DNA from: a virus
Direction: 5' to 3' (one strand)
DNA: 64,000 nt
Virus record (IMG/VR): IMGVR_UViG_3300015371_000010
Span: 1 to 64,000 of that record
A model generated the notes under the pieces. The model worked only from the letters and a program-made list of their open reading frames with translations, ran no database searches and was not told the origin of the DNA. Made by a program: the position numbers and the translations under genes. This document shows, piece after piece, positions 8,291 to 16,486 of the stretch; position 1 is the stretch's first letter, and every line of letters begins with the position of its first letter.

Positions 8291-8320
8291 ATTATAGGCT
8301 AAAACAGCCACTATATGCAA
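8291..8320 (-). promoter_or_regulatory. Sigma70/SigA-type promoter
   Basis: TTGCAT-N18-TATAAT on the minus strand in an AT-rich intergenic island. Confidence 0.7.
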
Positions 8321-8329
8321 CTAAAACCA

Positions 8330-8731
8330 CTACTTTGAGCCGTTTTCCGACCCGTTTTCGACCTCCTGGGGCTGCTCGAACTCTTCCTGGGTGGTGGCGC
8401 GGACCAGCAGCACCATGGCGTTGTGGCCAGCGATCGCCTCTTCCTCGGTGGCGTATCGGAGCACGTCGAACTCGGTTAGGCCGTACCCCTCCTCGTCCGT
8501 CTCGGGGTTGGCGAAGACCATGGTCTCGAAGATCAGCGGAGGACCGTTCTGGAAGTAGTTGTGGTCCAGGCCGAGCCACACCGTGGAGATCCAGTAGACC
8601 CCCACGGTGTCCTCGGCCACCCGCTTGTACTCGATGTCCTCCGCCAGGGCCGCCCACTCGCGGTTCGTCTTGATCTTGTTGCCCCGTCGGTCATAGACCT
8701 GGTAGGGCTCTCGATCTAGCCAGTCACTCGT
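8330..8731 (-). CDS. Conserved phage protein (start uncertain: ACG at 8731 or GTG at 8620)
   Basis: ISTVWLGLDH...PPLIFETMVF...RYATEEEA.AGH motif; frame is open and coding-like up to 8731. Confidence 0.7.
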   Translation of the reverse strand, partial: TSDWLDREPYQVYDRRGNKIKTNREWAALAEDIEYKRVAEDTVGVYWISTVWLGLDHNYFQNGPPLIFETMVFANPETDEEGYGLTEFDVLRYATEEEAIAGHNAMVLLVRATTQEEFEQPQEVENGSENGSK

Positions 8732-9299
8732 GATTGCTTCCCTTCTTGGCGATCAGCACCACGTTGTCGTGGTACTCGCCGGTGGATGGGTCGTAACCCT
8801 CGCAGGTGACCACCACCAGCTGGGGTGGTCCATCCTGCTGGAACAGGTGCACTGCTCGCTTGGCCAGCGCGGTCTTGGAGATCACCATGTTCTCGGTGAC
8901 CACATAGGTGTGCCCAGAGACGTACGCCCGGGTGCCCACCGGCACGTGCTCCAGCGCATCGAGCTTGCCCACGAACCCGGGTCGGGGATCGTGGACCGTG
9001 TGGCCCACCAGCAGGGTGGTCCCGTTGTCGGACCCAGCGGGACGACCCCACCAACCCAGCACACTCGGGTCATCGGGAGGCGTGAGCACTCGATTCGCCT
9101 CCCTCACCGGGACCACGGGAGCGTCGATCCACGCGAGTCTCAGGCGCCGGGGCTGATCTGTGGTGGCCGGAGCCGAGGAGGCCGATGATTCGGAGGCGAC
9201 AACATCGCGCACCGGCCTCCCCGACTCCGGGGTTTCCTTCACGGCCCCACCACACCCGCTGACGACAAGCACGACGAGGCCGATCAGGAGCCTTCTCAC
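8724..9299 (-). CDS. Class F sortase
   Basis: RLRLAWIDAPVV, LTPP.DP..LGWW, GTTLLVGH (His), LVVVTC (Cys), YHDNVV (Asn at the Arg position, as in class F); N-terminal signal/lipobox VSGC. Confidence 0.85.
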   Translation of the reverse strand: MRRLLIGLVVLVVSGCGGAVKETPESGRPVRDVVASESSASSAPATTDQPRRLRLAWIDAPVVPVREANRVLTPPDDPSVLGWWGRPAGSDNGTTLLVGHTVHDPRPGFVGKLDALEHVPVGTRAYVSGHTYVVTENMVISKTALAKRAVHLFQQDGPPQLVVVTCEGYDPSTGEYHDNVVLIAKKGSNHE

Positions 9300-9700
9300 A
9301 GTCCGCCGACGACCTCAGTCGGAGGCGGCGCAGGAGGCGTCGTCGGCGGTGGTGACGGCGGCGGCGTGTTGTGCGTAGGCGGAGGTGTGGGCGGGCTGGT
9401 CGGCGGCGTCGTTGGCGGCGTCGTCGGCGGGCTCGTTGGGGGCGTCGTCGGTGGGCTCGTCGGAGGCGAGGTCGGCGGCGTCGTAGGTGGAGTTGTCGGC
9501 GGTGTCGTCGGTGGTGTAGTCGGCGGCGTCGTCGGCGGCGTACTGGTTGGGTACGTCGGCGTAGGCGTTGGCGAGTGCGTGTAGTGCGTACCCGTCGGGG
9601 TGGGCGATGGCGTGCCTCCGCCACCGCCCAACGATGCCCCGTTGGCTGCAGCGCACCCCGTCAGTGGCACCAACAGGGCCACTGCGAACAGTCGTTTCAT
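9296..9700 (-). CDS. Pro/Thr-rich lipoprotein; candidate sortase partner
   Basis: Lipobox LTG-C; about ten PPT(T/S) repeats; ends PPTEVVGGL; GTGA overlap with the sortase gene. Confidence 0.7.
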   Translation of the reverse strand: MKRLFAVALLVPLTGCAAANGASLGGGGGTPSPTPTGTHYTHSPTPTPTYPTSTPPTTPPTTPPTTPPTTPPTTPPTSPPTSPPTTPPTSPPTTPPTTPPTSPPTPPPTHNTPPPSPPPTTPPAPPPTEVVGGL

Positions 9701-9735
9701 CTCATTCCTTTCGTGGATACGGCATCAGGTCCAGG

Positions 9736-9960
9736 TCACTCGACCCGTCTGATCGGACCCTCGCGGAACGCTTCCGCGATGGCGGTGAGCATGTCGGCGA
9801 AGTCACCACTGGGCATTCCCTCAGCCAGGTTCACCCGGACCCCGTGGTCGTAGACCTCGATCCGGGCGAAGCAGCCCTCTGGCATCGGCTCTGCCTCGCC
9901 CAGCCGTTCCGCCTCGACGTAGGTCTCTTCCTCACCTTCGGTCATCGATTCCTCATCCAC
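9736..9960 (-). CDS. Small acidic hypothetical protein
   Basis: 74 aa ORF tiled in the operon. Confidence 0.55.
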   Translation of the reverse strand: MDEESMTEGEEETYVEAERLGEAEPMPEGCFARIEVYDHGVRVNLAEGMPSGDFADMLTAIAEAFREGPIRRVE

Positions 9961-10568
9961 CTCCCGTCAGTGCCCACGATCAGCCGGCGGTTGCCGGCGG
10001 TCTCGTAGGCGCAGTCGAAGATGTCCCCGATGGCAGTCGGGGACTCCTCGTTCTTGATGGTCATGACGCAGCAGTTCTTCAGCCCCTCCACAGAGTTGAT
10101 CCCGCGCAGGTTGGCCGGCAGCCACTCACCGGCACCGACCGCCTTGATGTGCTGCAGCTCCTCCTGGCTGTTCCCGAACCGAGTCGCGTGCGGTGGCTTG
10201 TCGGGGTCCTTGGAGGCCTCGATCTGCCGATGGATCATGTTGTCCCGCTCGTTCTCGATCTCGATCATCGCCCGCTGGAAGACGATCTCGCCGCGCTTGA
10301 TCTTGAGCTCTCGGCGCTGCTTGAAGCCCAGCACCTCCTGCTCGACCTCGTTGGCGAACACCTTCTTGTGGCCCTCGACGTGGGAGCCGTAGTAGGTGGC
10401 CCCATAGCAGCAGGCCGTGGCTGCCGCCGCGGTGAAGAACGCCGGGATGATCATCTTCAGGCCGTACTCCATGGTCTGAGCCAGCAGCACCACGGTGACG
10501 ATCGCGGCGATGCCAGCCAACACCGCCAGCCCCCACATCAGCACCTGGTAGATGACCTTCTCGGTCAC
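9942..10568 (-). CDS. Membrane protein (2 N-terminal TM)
   Basis: GTG at 10568 overlapping the upstream stop; hydrophobic helices. Confidence 0.65.
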   Translation of the reverse strand: MTEKVIYQVLMWGLAVLAGIAAIVTVVLLAQTMEYGLKMIIPAFFTAAAATACCYGATYYGSHVEGHKKVFANEVEQEVLGFKQRRELKIKRGEIVFQRAMIEIENERDNMIHRQIEASKDPDKPPHATRFGNSQEELQHIKAVGAGEWLPANLRGINSVEGLKNCCVMTIKNEESPTAIGDIFDCAYETAGNRRLIVGTDGRWMRNR

Positions 10569-10960
10569 AGCTCGACCCCCTGATCCGGGTCGAAGCCAGC
10601 CCGCTCGACCTTGGCCGCCTTCCGGAACAGGTCGATGACCTCCTGCCTGTCCCTGGCCCCGGAGCTCAACTTGCCGTCGTTCCAGTTCTCCAGCGAGGCC
10701 TCCTTGGGGAAGTCCCGGTCCGCGTTGAGCACCTTCAGCACCTTCTGGGAGACCCGGTGAACCATGGTCCGCAGCGCGCCGTACGGGGCGAGCTGGTACC
10801 TGGTCTGGTTCATTCCAGAGCCGTAGATGATCGCGCCGACTGCGCAGGCCTGCTTGCCGTTGGGCCCGATCAGCGCACCCCGCCACCAGCCGTTCTTTTC
10901 GATGTACTCAGCCGCCGCGTCCATGAACTCGGCGTCGTGTTCTTCACTGAATCGATCCAT
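10565..10960 (-). CDS. DUF6197-like actinobacterial/phage protein
   Basis: AAEYIEKNGW.RG...CAVGAI...WND...R...EVIDLFRKAA. Confidence 0.65.
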   Translation of the reverse strand: MDRFSEEHDAEFMDAAAEYIEKNGWWRGALIGPNGKQACAVGAIIYGSGMNQTRYQLAPYGALRTMVHRVSQKVLKVLNADRDFPKEASLENWNDGKLSSGARDRQEVIDLFRKAAKVERAGFDPDQGVEL

Positions 10961-10980
10961 CTCATTCCCTTCTGATGTGA

Positions 10981-11625
10981 TCAGGCCGCGACCGGCAAGG
11001 TCACGACGTTCGGCTGCCGACAGGGTTGCCGGCCGGACCAGTTGGCTCGGCGCAGGAACTCATCGGCGTGGAACTTCAGCCCCAGGTACTGCCCCAGCCA
11101 GCCGTCTTCCATGGGCATGGCGAACCCATTGGCGCGCATCGATGGGGCGATGCAGGCGCGGCCCAGGATGCAGCCGTGCTCGTCGACCCGGACGATGTTG
11201 CCGTGCACGGTGTCCCGGTGCAGCTCGATCCGGTACAGGTGCCCGTCCGAGCCCAGGACCTGGATCAGCTCCAGTCCCTCGACCCAGTCGGTGGGCGCCA
11301 CGATCTCGTCCAGCAGGCTCCTGGCCACCGCCCGAGCTCCCTCGATCCGCTGCTGCTCGGCCAGCCGCCGGCGCGAGTACTCCTCACGCTGTTGCTGCTG
11401 CAGGTCGGCCAGCCGGCGGAGCTCCTCCTCGGTGCGCTGGTACTGGTACATCACCGGCTCGTGCCACTGGTTCCAGGCCTGCCAGGTGGTGGCGGCTGTG
11501 GTGCTGTAGGCCGTCCCGGTGGTGAGCCACTGGTTCCAGGTGACCGTGGTGCTGGAGATGCTGCCGGTGGTGTAGGTCGGCCACGGCCAGGTAGCGCTGG
11601 CCGTGTAGGGCTGGAAGCTAGCCAC
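10981..11625 (-). CDS. Hypothetical protein (Trp/Thr-rich N-terminus, coiled coil, conserved C-terminal domain)
   Basis: 214 aa; coupled to the upstream GG-ending gene. Confidence 0.7.
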   Translation of the reverse strand: MASFQPYTASATWPWPTYTTGSISSTTVTWNQWLTTGTAYSTTAATTWQAWNQWHEPVMYQYQRTEEELRRLADLQQQQREEYSRRRLAEQQRIEGARAVARSLLDEIVAPTDWVEGLELIQVLGSDGHLYRIELHRDTVHGNIVRVDEHGCILGRACIAPSMRANGFAMPMEDGWLGQYLGLKFHADEFLRRANWSGRQPCRQPNVVTLPVAA

Positions 11626-11869
11626 CGACGGGCTGCCGGATCATGATGATCTTCCCGGCCTTCTTGTCGAACTCCCGGATGACCTGGCCGGTCCGCTCCC
11701 CGGAGTCCGGGTCCACCGAGTAGGCCAGCATCCCCTTGGCCTTGGCGGCGTCGAAGGCGGCCTGGGCGGTGGCCACCTCGTCCTTGTTCCGCGGGTCCCA
11801 CATGATCCGGGTGTCCCCGGTCTCGTCGGTGATGTGCAGGGTGCCCTGCTCGATGAGCTGGTCGGTCAT
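11618..11869 (-). CDS. Small protein ending in Gly-Gly
   Basis: 83 aa MTDQLIEQ...RQPVGG; ATGA overlap. Confidence 0.75.
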   Translation of the reverse strand: MTDQLIEQGTLHITDETGDTRIMWDPRNKDEVATAQAAFDAAKAKGMLAYSVDPDSGERTGQVIREFDKKAGKIIMIRQPVGG

Positions 11870-12354
11870 GCGTCTTCTCCTTCGGATGGTGCGATGGGCG
11901 CCCCGTGAACGGGGCAGTTGGGGTCGGTCTCGACTCGGTTGCCCTGGTCGACCCACTGGCAGGTGCAGTGCAGCAGCGGGAGCTCGGCGTCCTCGACCGT
12001 GGTCTTCCGCATCTTCTCCTCCTGCTCAGCCTTGGCCTGCTGCTCGGCCTGGTGCTCCTCGTCGGCCTCAGCGATCCGGTCCAGCGCGAACTCTTCTGGG
12101 TTCAGGGCTCGGTCCAGGATCGAGATCCGACTCTGGGCCAGCATCAGCTGCAGCCGGGCCATCTCGATGATCGCGTCGGCCTCCGACATCGCTTCCAGCG
12201 CGACATCCACGCATCTGCGGCAGATCGGCTTGTCGTCTGGCAGGTCGTCCCAGAGCACCTTGACGGTGAACTCCTTGCCACACAGCCCCAAAACAGAATC
12301 GCCGACCTGGTATTCAGGCCGGCTCGTGATGTGTGCTCTCTTGGTCAATCTCAT
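11866..12354 (-). CDS. DUF3039-like Zn-binding protein
   Basis: VLGLCGKEF...KPICRRC; start ATG 12354 or TTG 12348 after AGAGGA. Confidence 0.6.
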   Translation of the reverse strand: MRLTKRAHITSRPEYQVGDSVLGLCGKEFTVKVLWDDLPDDKPICRRCVDVALEAMSEADAIIEMARLQLMLAQSRISILDRALNPEEFALDRIAEADEEHQAEQQAKAEQEEKMRKTTVEDAELPLLHCTCQWVDQGNRVETDPNCPVHGAPIAPSEGEDA

Positions 12355-12857
12355 TCCTCTCTGATGTGTCGCTTCCTCCAGGGCAGGAGGAAGTTGCGGA
12401 TCCTCAGCCAGTTGCTGGCCCAGGACTCGATCTCCTTCTGCAGCTCCAGGGCGGCCTTTGTGGCCTCCTCGGCCTGCAGCTGTTCGGCGGCCCGCTCGGC
12501 AGATCGGCGGGCCTGGTAGGCCTCGATGTCGACCCTCTTCTTGGCGAGCTGCTCCGGAGACATGATCCAAGTGTCGGCTTCACACTCGTGCTCGAAGGCG
12601 ACCGATTGGGCCTCCTTCTTGGAGAGGATCGGCTCGTCGTCGTCCTCCCAGCCGCAGGTGTAGCAGCCGACCGCCCACTCCTGATCGGCGTGCGCGATCG
12701 GGTTGTGCTCCGGACACCAGGCCTCGGCTATGTCGGCGGTGTTGAGCAGCCAACCGGCCTGCCGGGCCTGGTAGAGCACCTCCCACATGGAGATGTCCTC
12801 GCCAGTGAACTCGTTGATGCAGCCCTCCTTCTTGCAGCTCAGCGTGTTGAGCTTCAT
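12351..12857 (-). CDS. Cys-rich hypothetical protein
   Basis: C..EGC, WCPEH, CYTCG, HEC motifs; AGGAG SD. Confidence 0.65.
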   Translation of the reverse strand: MKLNTLSCKKEGCINEFTGEDISMWEVLYQARQAGWLLNTADIAEAWCPEHNPIAHADQEWAVGCYTCGWEDDDEPILSKKEAQSVAFEHECEADTWIMSPEQLAKKRVDIEAYQARRSAERAAEQLQAEEATKAALELQKEIESWASNWLRIRNFLLPWRKRHIREE

Positions 12858-13018
12858 TCCTCTCCTTCTTCGGCCGCCCTTCCCCGTCGCTGGTCGTAGA
12901 TGGGCAGCTCGATGGCTTCGGCCAGGTCCTCCAGGAGCCCGACCGCTCGATCCAGGGCATCCGCGATCCGCACGATCGCCGCGATCAGATCGCGGATGCC
13001 CGGCTCGTCGTTGGCCAC
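12854..13018 (-). CDS. Small helical hypothetical protein
   Basis: GTG at 13018 with GGAGG SD. Confidence 0.5.
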   Translation of the reverse strand: MANDEPGIRDLIAAIVRIADALDRAVGLLEDLAEAIELPIYDQRRGRAAEEGEE

Positions 13019-13345
13019 TAGGCCTCCATGCGCAACCGGATGCCGGTCCTGGCCGGGAGCACGTCCACCAGAATCTGGGCGTAGCGGGACGCAACGGGTG
13101 CGGATGGCACTGCGACCCACTGATGGACTCCTGAGTCGTCCAGGCCCTCGTAAACGAGCTCTACGGGGGCTTCTGAGCCGTCCCAGTACCTGATTCGGAC
13201 GTTCTCCGGCGGGGTTACGTCCGAATCCAGCTCTTCCGACAGGAACACGTGATCAGGACCCGCTTTGGCCTCTGTCCACCGTGCAGCCATACCGCCGGCA
13301 GGACGTTCCTCCGCTGCTTGTGGCGGAGCATCTTGTGCCACCAGA

Positions 13346-13840
13346 TCACTCTTGCTGCCTCTCCTTCTTCTGAAGCGCATCTCCCACCTCTTGTCCGACC
13401 CGGTAGGCCAGGTCCGGAGGAACCTCCCACCTAGCCGCCCGAGCTCGCTCGAAGTCACTACGGTCGATCTCCCACAGGTTGACCACGTGGGCCGACCCAT
13501 ACTCACCCTCCGGCTCGACGATGGAGAACCACCGCCCGTACCGATAGCCGCGGGCATGGGAGTCGCGCAGTGCATCGAGCTCGTAGCGGGCCTCCTCATC
13601 CAGGTCCTCTTCGATCACCGGTCCGTTGAGCTCCAGGTAGCGCGACTCGGTGAAGATCTCCCCGAAGATCCACAGCTCATCGACTACCCGGACCACATGT
13701 GAGCCCCAGGTGATCCGCCACTGCTCATCGAGCGAGTACTTGATCCCCTGTTGCTCCTGTTCGGCCATGTAGGCCTGCATCTCTTCCATCGACTCGAAGC
13801 CGATGATCTTGTTGCCGTGTCCGAGATCTTGTTCCTTCAT
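13346..13840 (-). CDS. Hypothetical protein
   Basis: 164 aa; GGAGG SD; GYRYGRWFS..EPEGEYG motif. Confidence 0.75.
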   Translation of the reverse strand: MKEQDLGHGNKIIGFESMEEMQAYMAEQEQQGIKYSLDEQWRITWGSHVVRVVDELWIFGEIFTESRYLELNGPVIEEDLDEEARYELDALRDSHARGYRYGRWFSIVEPEGEYGSAHVVNLWEIDRSDFERARAARWEVPPDLAYRVGQEVGDALQKKERQQE

Positions 13841-13842
13841 CG

Positions 13843-14049
13843 CTACCTCCGAAGTCGCTGGCTGATCCGGACAGCACCGACCAGCACCCGGGGCTCTTCC
13901 GCGTGCCGGGTGGTGCAGGAGAGGCAGAAGGGGTCATCCGGGCCGGTAGTGGTGCCGGCACAGATGTTCTCTCCGTCCTCGTCGATGATCAGGCAGCAGC
14001 ATGGGTATGGCCCCCTTGCTTGAACCCGCACTGGTTCTGGTTCGATCAC
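13843..14049 (-). CDS. Small Cys-rich protein
   Basis: 68 aa tiled ORF, CC...C...CxxC..H. Confidence 0.5.
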   Translation of the reverse strand: MIEPEPVRVQARGPYPCCCLIIDEDGENICAGTTTGPDDPFCLSCTTRHAEEPRVLVGAVRISQRLRR

Positions 14050-14276
14050 GGCCGTCCCTCTTCCCTCGCCTTCATCTGCAGCCGGTCGACCTCGTCGACC
14101 AGGGCGATGATGGTGTGCGCCATCCCGATCTCCCAGGGGTATTCGGCGTCACCGTCCCGCATCTCGACGGCCTGGTCCCGCAGGGTCTGCAGGTCGACGA
14201 TCTTGTCGTTGACCACGAACGGCTCTCTCATCCACGGCTTGGTCACCGGGATGTCCTTCCGGCTGAACCAGCTCAC
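14046..14276 (-). CDS. Hypothetical protein
   Basis: 76 aa, GTGA overlaps on both sides. Confidence 0.6.
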   Translation of the reverse strand: MSWFSRKDIPVTKPWMREPFVVNDKIVDLQTLRDQAVEMRDGDAEYPWEIGMAHTIIALVDEVDRLQMKAREEGRP

Positions 14277-14473
14277 AGCTCTCTCACCTCGGTCGGTGGG
14301 TCTCTGAAGAAGTCGATGAGCTCGCCGGCCATCGCCGGATCATGGCCATGTAGCACCACCACTGGCTGGTGGCAGGCCGAACACGGCATCACAATGTCGA
14401 ATCCACCGGCAGGGTTGAGTCGTACCTCGCCGGCCTTGAAGCGATCACTGCCGCACGCGCAGGTGATCTGCAT
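14273..14473 (-). CDS. Small Zn-ribbon protein
   Basis: ATG at 14473 with GAGAGG SD; CACGS...CSAC. Confidence 0.55.
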   Translation of the reverse strand: MQITCACGSDRFKAGEVRLNPAGGFDIVMPCSACHQPVVVLHGHDPAMAGELIDFFRDPPTEVREL

Positions 14474-14503
14474 CTGTTGTCCTCTCTCGGGGGTCTGGAC
14501 ATG

Positions 14504-14548
14504 AAAAAAGCCCCAACGGTCAGGAGGTCTGCTCCTGGCCGCCGGGGC
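14504..14548 (-). terminator. Intrinsic terminator
   Basis: GCCCCGGCGGCCAGGAG-cagac-CTCCTGACCGTTGGGGC-TTTTTT on the minus strand. Confidence 0.75.
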
Positions 14549-14581
14549 GGATGTGCGGACTCGGGTTGGTTCCTCGTCCGG

Positions 14582-14635
14582 GCATGCCTCATTAAGGCAT
14601 GCACTAAGTATATCAAAAACACTACAAACGCACAA
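14582..14635 (-). promoter_or_regulatory. SigA-type promoter with downstream palindromic operator
   Basis: TTGTGC-N17-TATACT (extended TG); GCATGCCT-N5-AGGCATGC inverted repeat at 14582-14602. Confidence 0.6.
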
Positions 14636-14787
14636 GGGCCGGGGCGATACCGCCTCGGCCTGCTCGGGAGTGCCGGTGCTCCCCTCGGGAGACTTATCCG
14701 GGTGACTCCGGGAGGGCTAGGGACCATCACAGTGGGTCCCTCAGGTCCTCCAGAGGCTCCCCCTGACGGGTTCGACCTCATGCATCC

Positions 14788-14816
14788 ATTATAGACCATC
14801 CACTACATCAGGTCAA
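14788..14816 (-). promoter_or_regulatory. Near-consensus SigA-type promoter
   Basis: TTGACC-N17-TATAAT on the minus strand. Confidence 0.7.
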
Positions 14817-15106
14817 TGGATCGTGGATCCGTCCCACCAGCCCTTGATGGTCGCCGGCCGGACGGCCGAGCCATCCCACCAGCCCCTCAGCGTGGCCGAC
14901 CTCCTGGTGGAGCCGTCCCAGTAGGTCGGCGTCATCGGGTTCAGGTTGGTGCTGTAGAGCACCTCGACATGAAGCCGGGAGAGTCGCATGGTCGGAGAGC
15001 TCTGCAGCACCAGGGCCTCGGAGTGCAGCCGGGACAGCCGGATCTGAGGCGGGCTCTGCTGGACCAGCGTCTCGGCGTGCAGCCGGGAGACTCGGGTGTC
15101 GGTCAC
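14813..15106 (-). CDS. Small virion-associated protein with internal repeats
   Basis: 3x R(V/L)SRLH.E.L and 3x (Y/W)WDGS repeats. Confidence 0.65.
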   Translation of the reverse strand: MTDTRVSRLHAETLVQQSPPQIRLSRLHSEALVLQSSPTMRLSRLHVEVLYSTNLNPMTPTYWDGSTRRSATLRGWWDGSAVRPATIKGWWDGSTIH

Positions 15107-16122
15107 ACCGCCTTCACCCCGATCTCCATGGCGTTGACGTTGGCCACCGAGAAGTTGCCGCCGGCGTTGGGCCGGAGCTTGACGAAGTCGGACCAGTAGG
15201 CCCCGTAGGTGGTGCCCACGCCCAGGGTGCCAGAGATGGTGGAGTTGACCGAGTTGTCCCGGATCACCGCCTGGAGGCTGGCAGCACCGGTGTCGGTCTT
15301 GGCCGCATACATCCCCAGGCGGACGCCGTAGACGACCTGTGCCGCGCCCGGCAGGTCAGGGAAGACGTAGGTGTCGATCAGGTTGGAGCCGCCCAGGGCG
15401 CCCACATAGTCGGTGGTGGTCGGCGGGTTCTCGTCCACGGTGCCCCAGTTCGGGGCCACGCTCGGGGTCCAGCCGGTGGTGGTGCCGGCCCCGGTGGGGT
15501 AGCCGTGAGCCACCTTCACATCCCCGAGGAAGGTGTTGTTGGGCCGACCATCGGTGGCGGTGCCGTCGGAGAGGTCCAGCAGGTACATGTCATCGATCCA
15601 GCCGTTGGAGCCAGCCCCGTTGATCAGATCGATGCCGGTCACCGGAGTAGTGGAGACCGCCGTCCGAGCGGTGAAGTTCATCCACTGGACACCATCCACC
15701 CGGACCTGACACAAGCCGGCGGTCAGATGTGGGGTGTAGGCGATCTCCAGGTAGTGGTCGACGTTCTGCAGCCAGTTCAGGCCACTGGTCACCGCCACCT
15801 CGGAGACGGTGTTGTGGAAGCCGATCTCATTGGTGCTGACACCGGAGAAGTAGAGCGTGCCCAGGGTGGTGGTCCCGTTCATGAACCGGGCGATGGGCCG
15901 GTTGGAGGTGGCCGTCCAGACTCCTCGGCCCAGCGCATAGCCGACGATCAGGCTGCTCATCGGCGCCCCGGGCACAGTGAGCGAGCAGGTGCTGTTGGAA
16001 AGCAGCGAGCTGGCGTGGTTGGCCACTCCGTCCCGGCCGGTGGTCGAGTTGTAGCCGTTCCATTCCGGGTAGGCCATCGTGGTCGATCCCCCGTCGAACC
16101 CCCAGAACCCGCGCAGTGCCAT
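15103..16122 (-). CDS. Minor tail/receptor-binding-like beta-rich protein
   Basis: 339 aa Gly/Thr-rich; HYLEI...QVRVDG...IDDMY...TFLGDV lectin-like pattern. Confidence 0.6.
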   Translation of the reverse strand: MALRGFWGFDGGSTTMAYPEWNGYNSTTGRDGVANHASSLLSNSTCSLTVPGAPMSSLIVGYALGRGVWTATSNRPIARFMNGTTTLGTLYFSGVSTNEIGFHNTVSEVAVTSGLNWLQNVDHYLEIAYTPHLTAGLCQVRVDGVQWMNFTARTAVSTTPVTGIDLINGAGSNGWIDDMYLLDLSDGTATDGRPNNTFLGDVKVAHGYPTGAGTTTGWTPSVAPNWGTVDENPPTTTDYVGALGGSNLIDTYVFPDLPGAAQVVYGVRLGMYAAKTDTGAASLQAVIRDNSVNSTISGTLGVGTTYGAYWSDFVKLRPNAGGNFSVANVNAMEIGVKAV

Positions 16123-16123
16123 C

Positions 16124-16486
16124 TCAGCCCTTCTCGAAGATCACGGTGCCGGCCGGAGTGCCACCGGGCACGGCGGCTCCGTTCTCGATCAGCAGCAGCC
16201 CGACACCAGCTGGGCCGGTGGGACCGGTAGGCCCGGGAGGACCGGTGGCGCCAGCGACACCAGCACTTCCAGTCAAGCCGGTGGGGCCTTGAGGCCCGGG
16301 TGCGCCGGCTGCTCCGGGTGGTCCATCGGCGCCGGCGGGGCCAGAGGCCCCAGCGGGTCCAGGCGGGCCCTGCTGACCAGGGATGCCCAGGTGCACCGCC
16401 GGCAGGTCCAGGTAGACCTCGACCGCGATCTGGTCGTGCAGCACCGCGACGTAGTTCGTCTCGATGTCCAGGAGCAGCTCATCCAT
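16124..16486 (-). CDS. Collagen-like protein
   Basis: Continuous Gly-X-Y run ([21 protein letters not shown]...). Confidence 0.8.
   Translation of the reverse strand: MDELLLDIETNYVAVLHDQIAVEVYLDLPAVHLGIPGQQGPPGPAGASGPAGADGPPGAAGAPGPQGPTGLTGSAGVAGATGPPGPTGPTGPAGVGLLLIENGAAVPGGTPAGTVIFEKG

Noticed and set aside
9310-9560. 12-bp tandem repeats as a second array
   Set aside because: They are in-frame PPT(T/S) coding repeats of the lipoprotein
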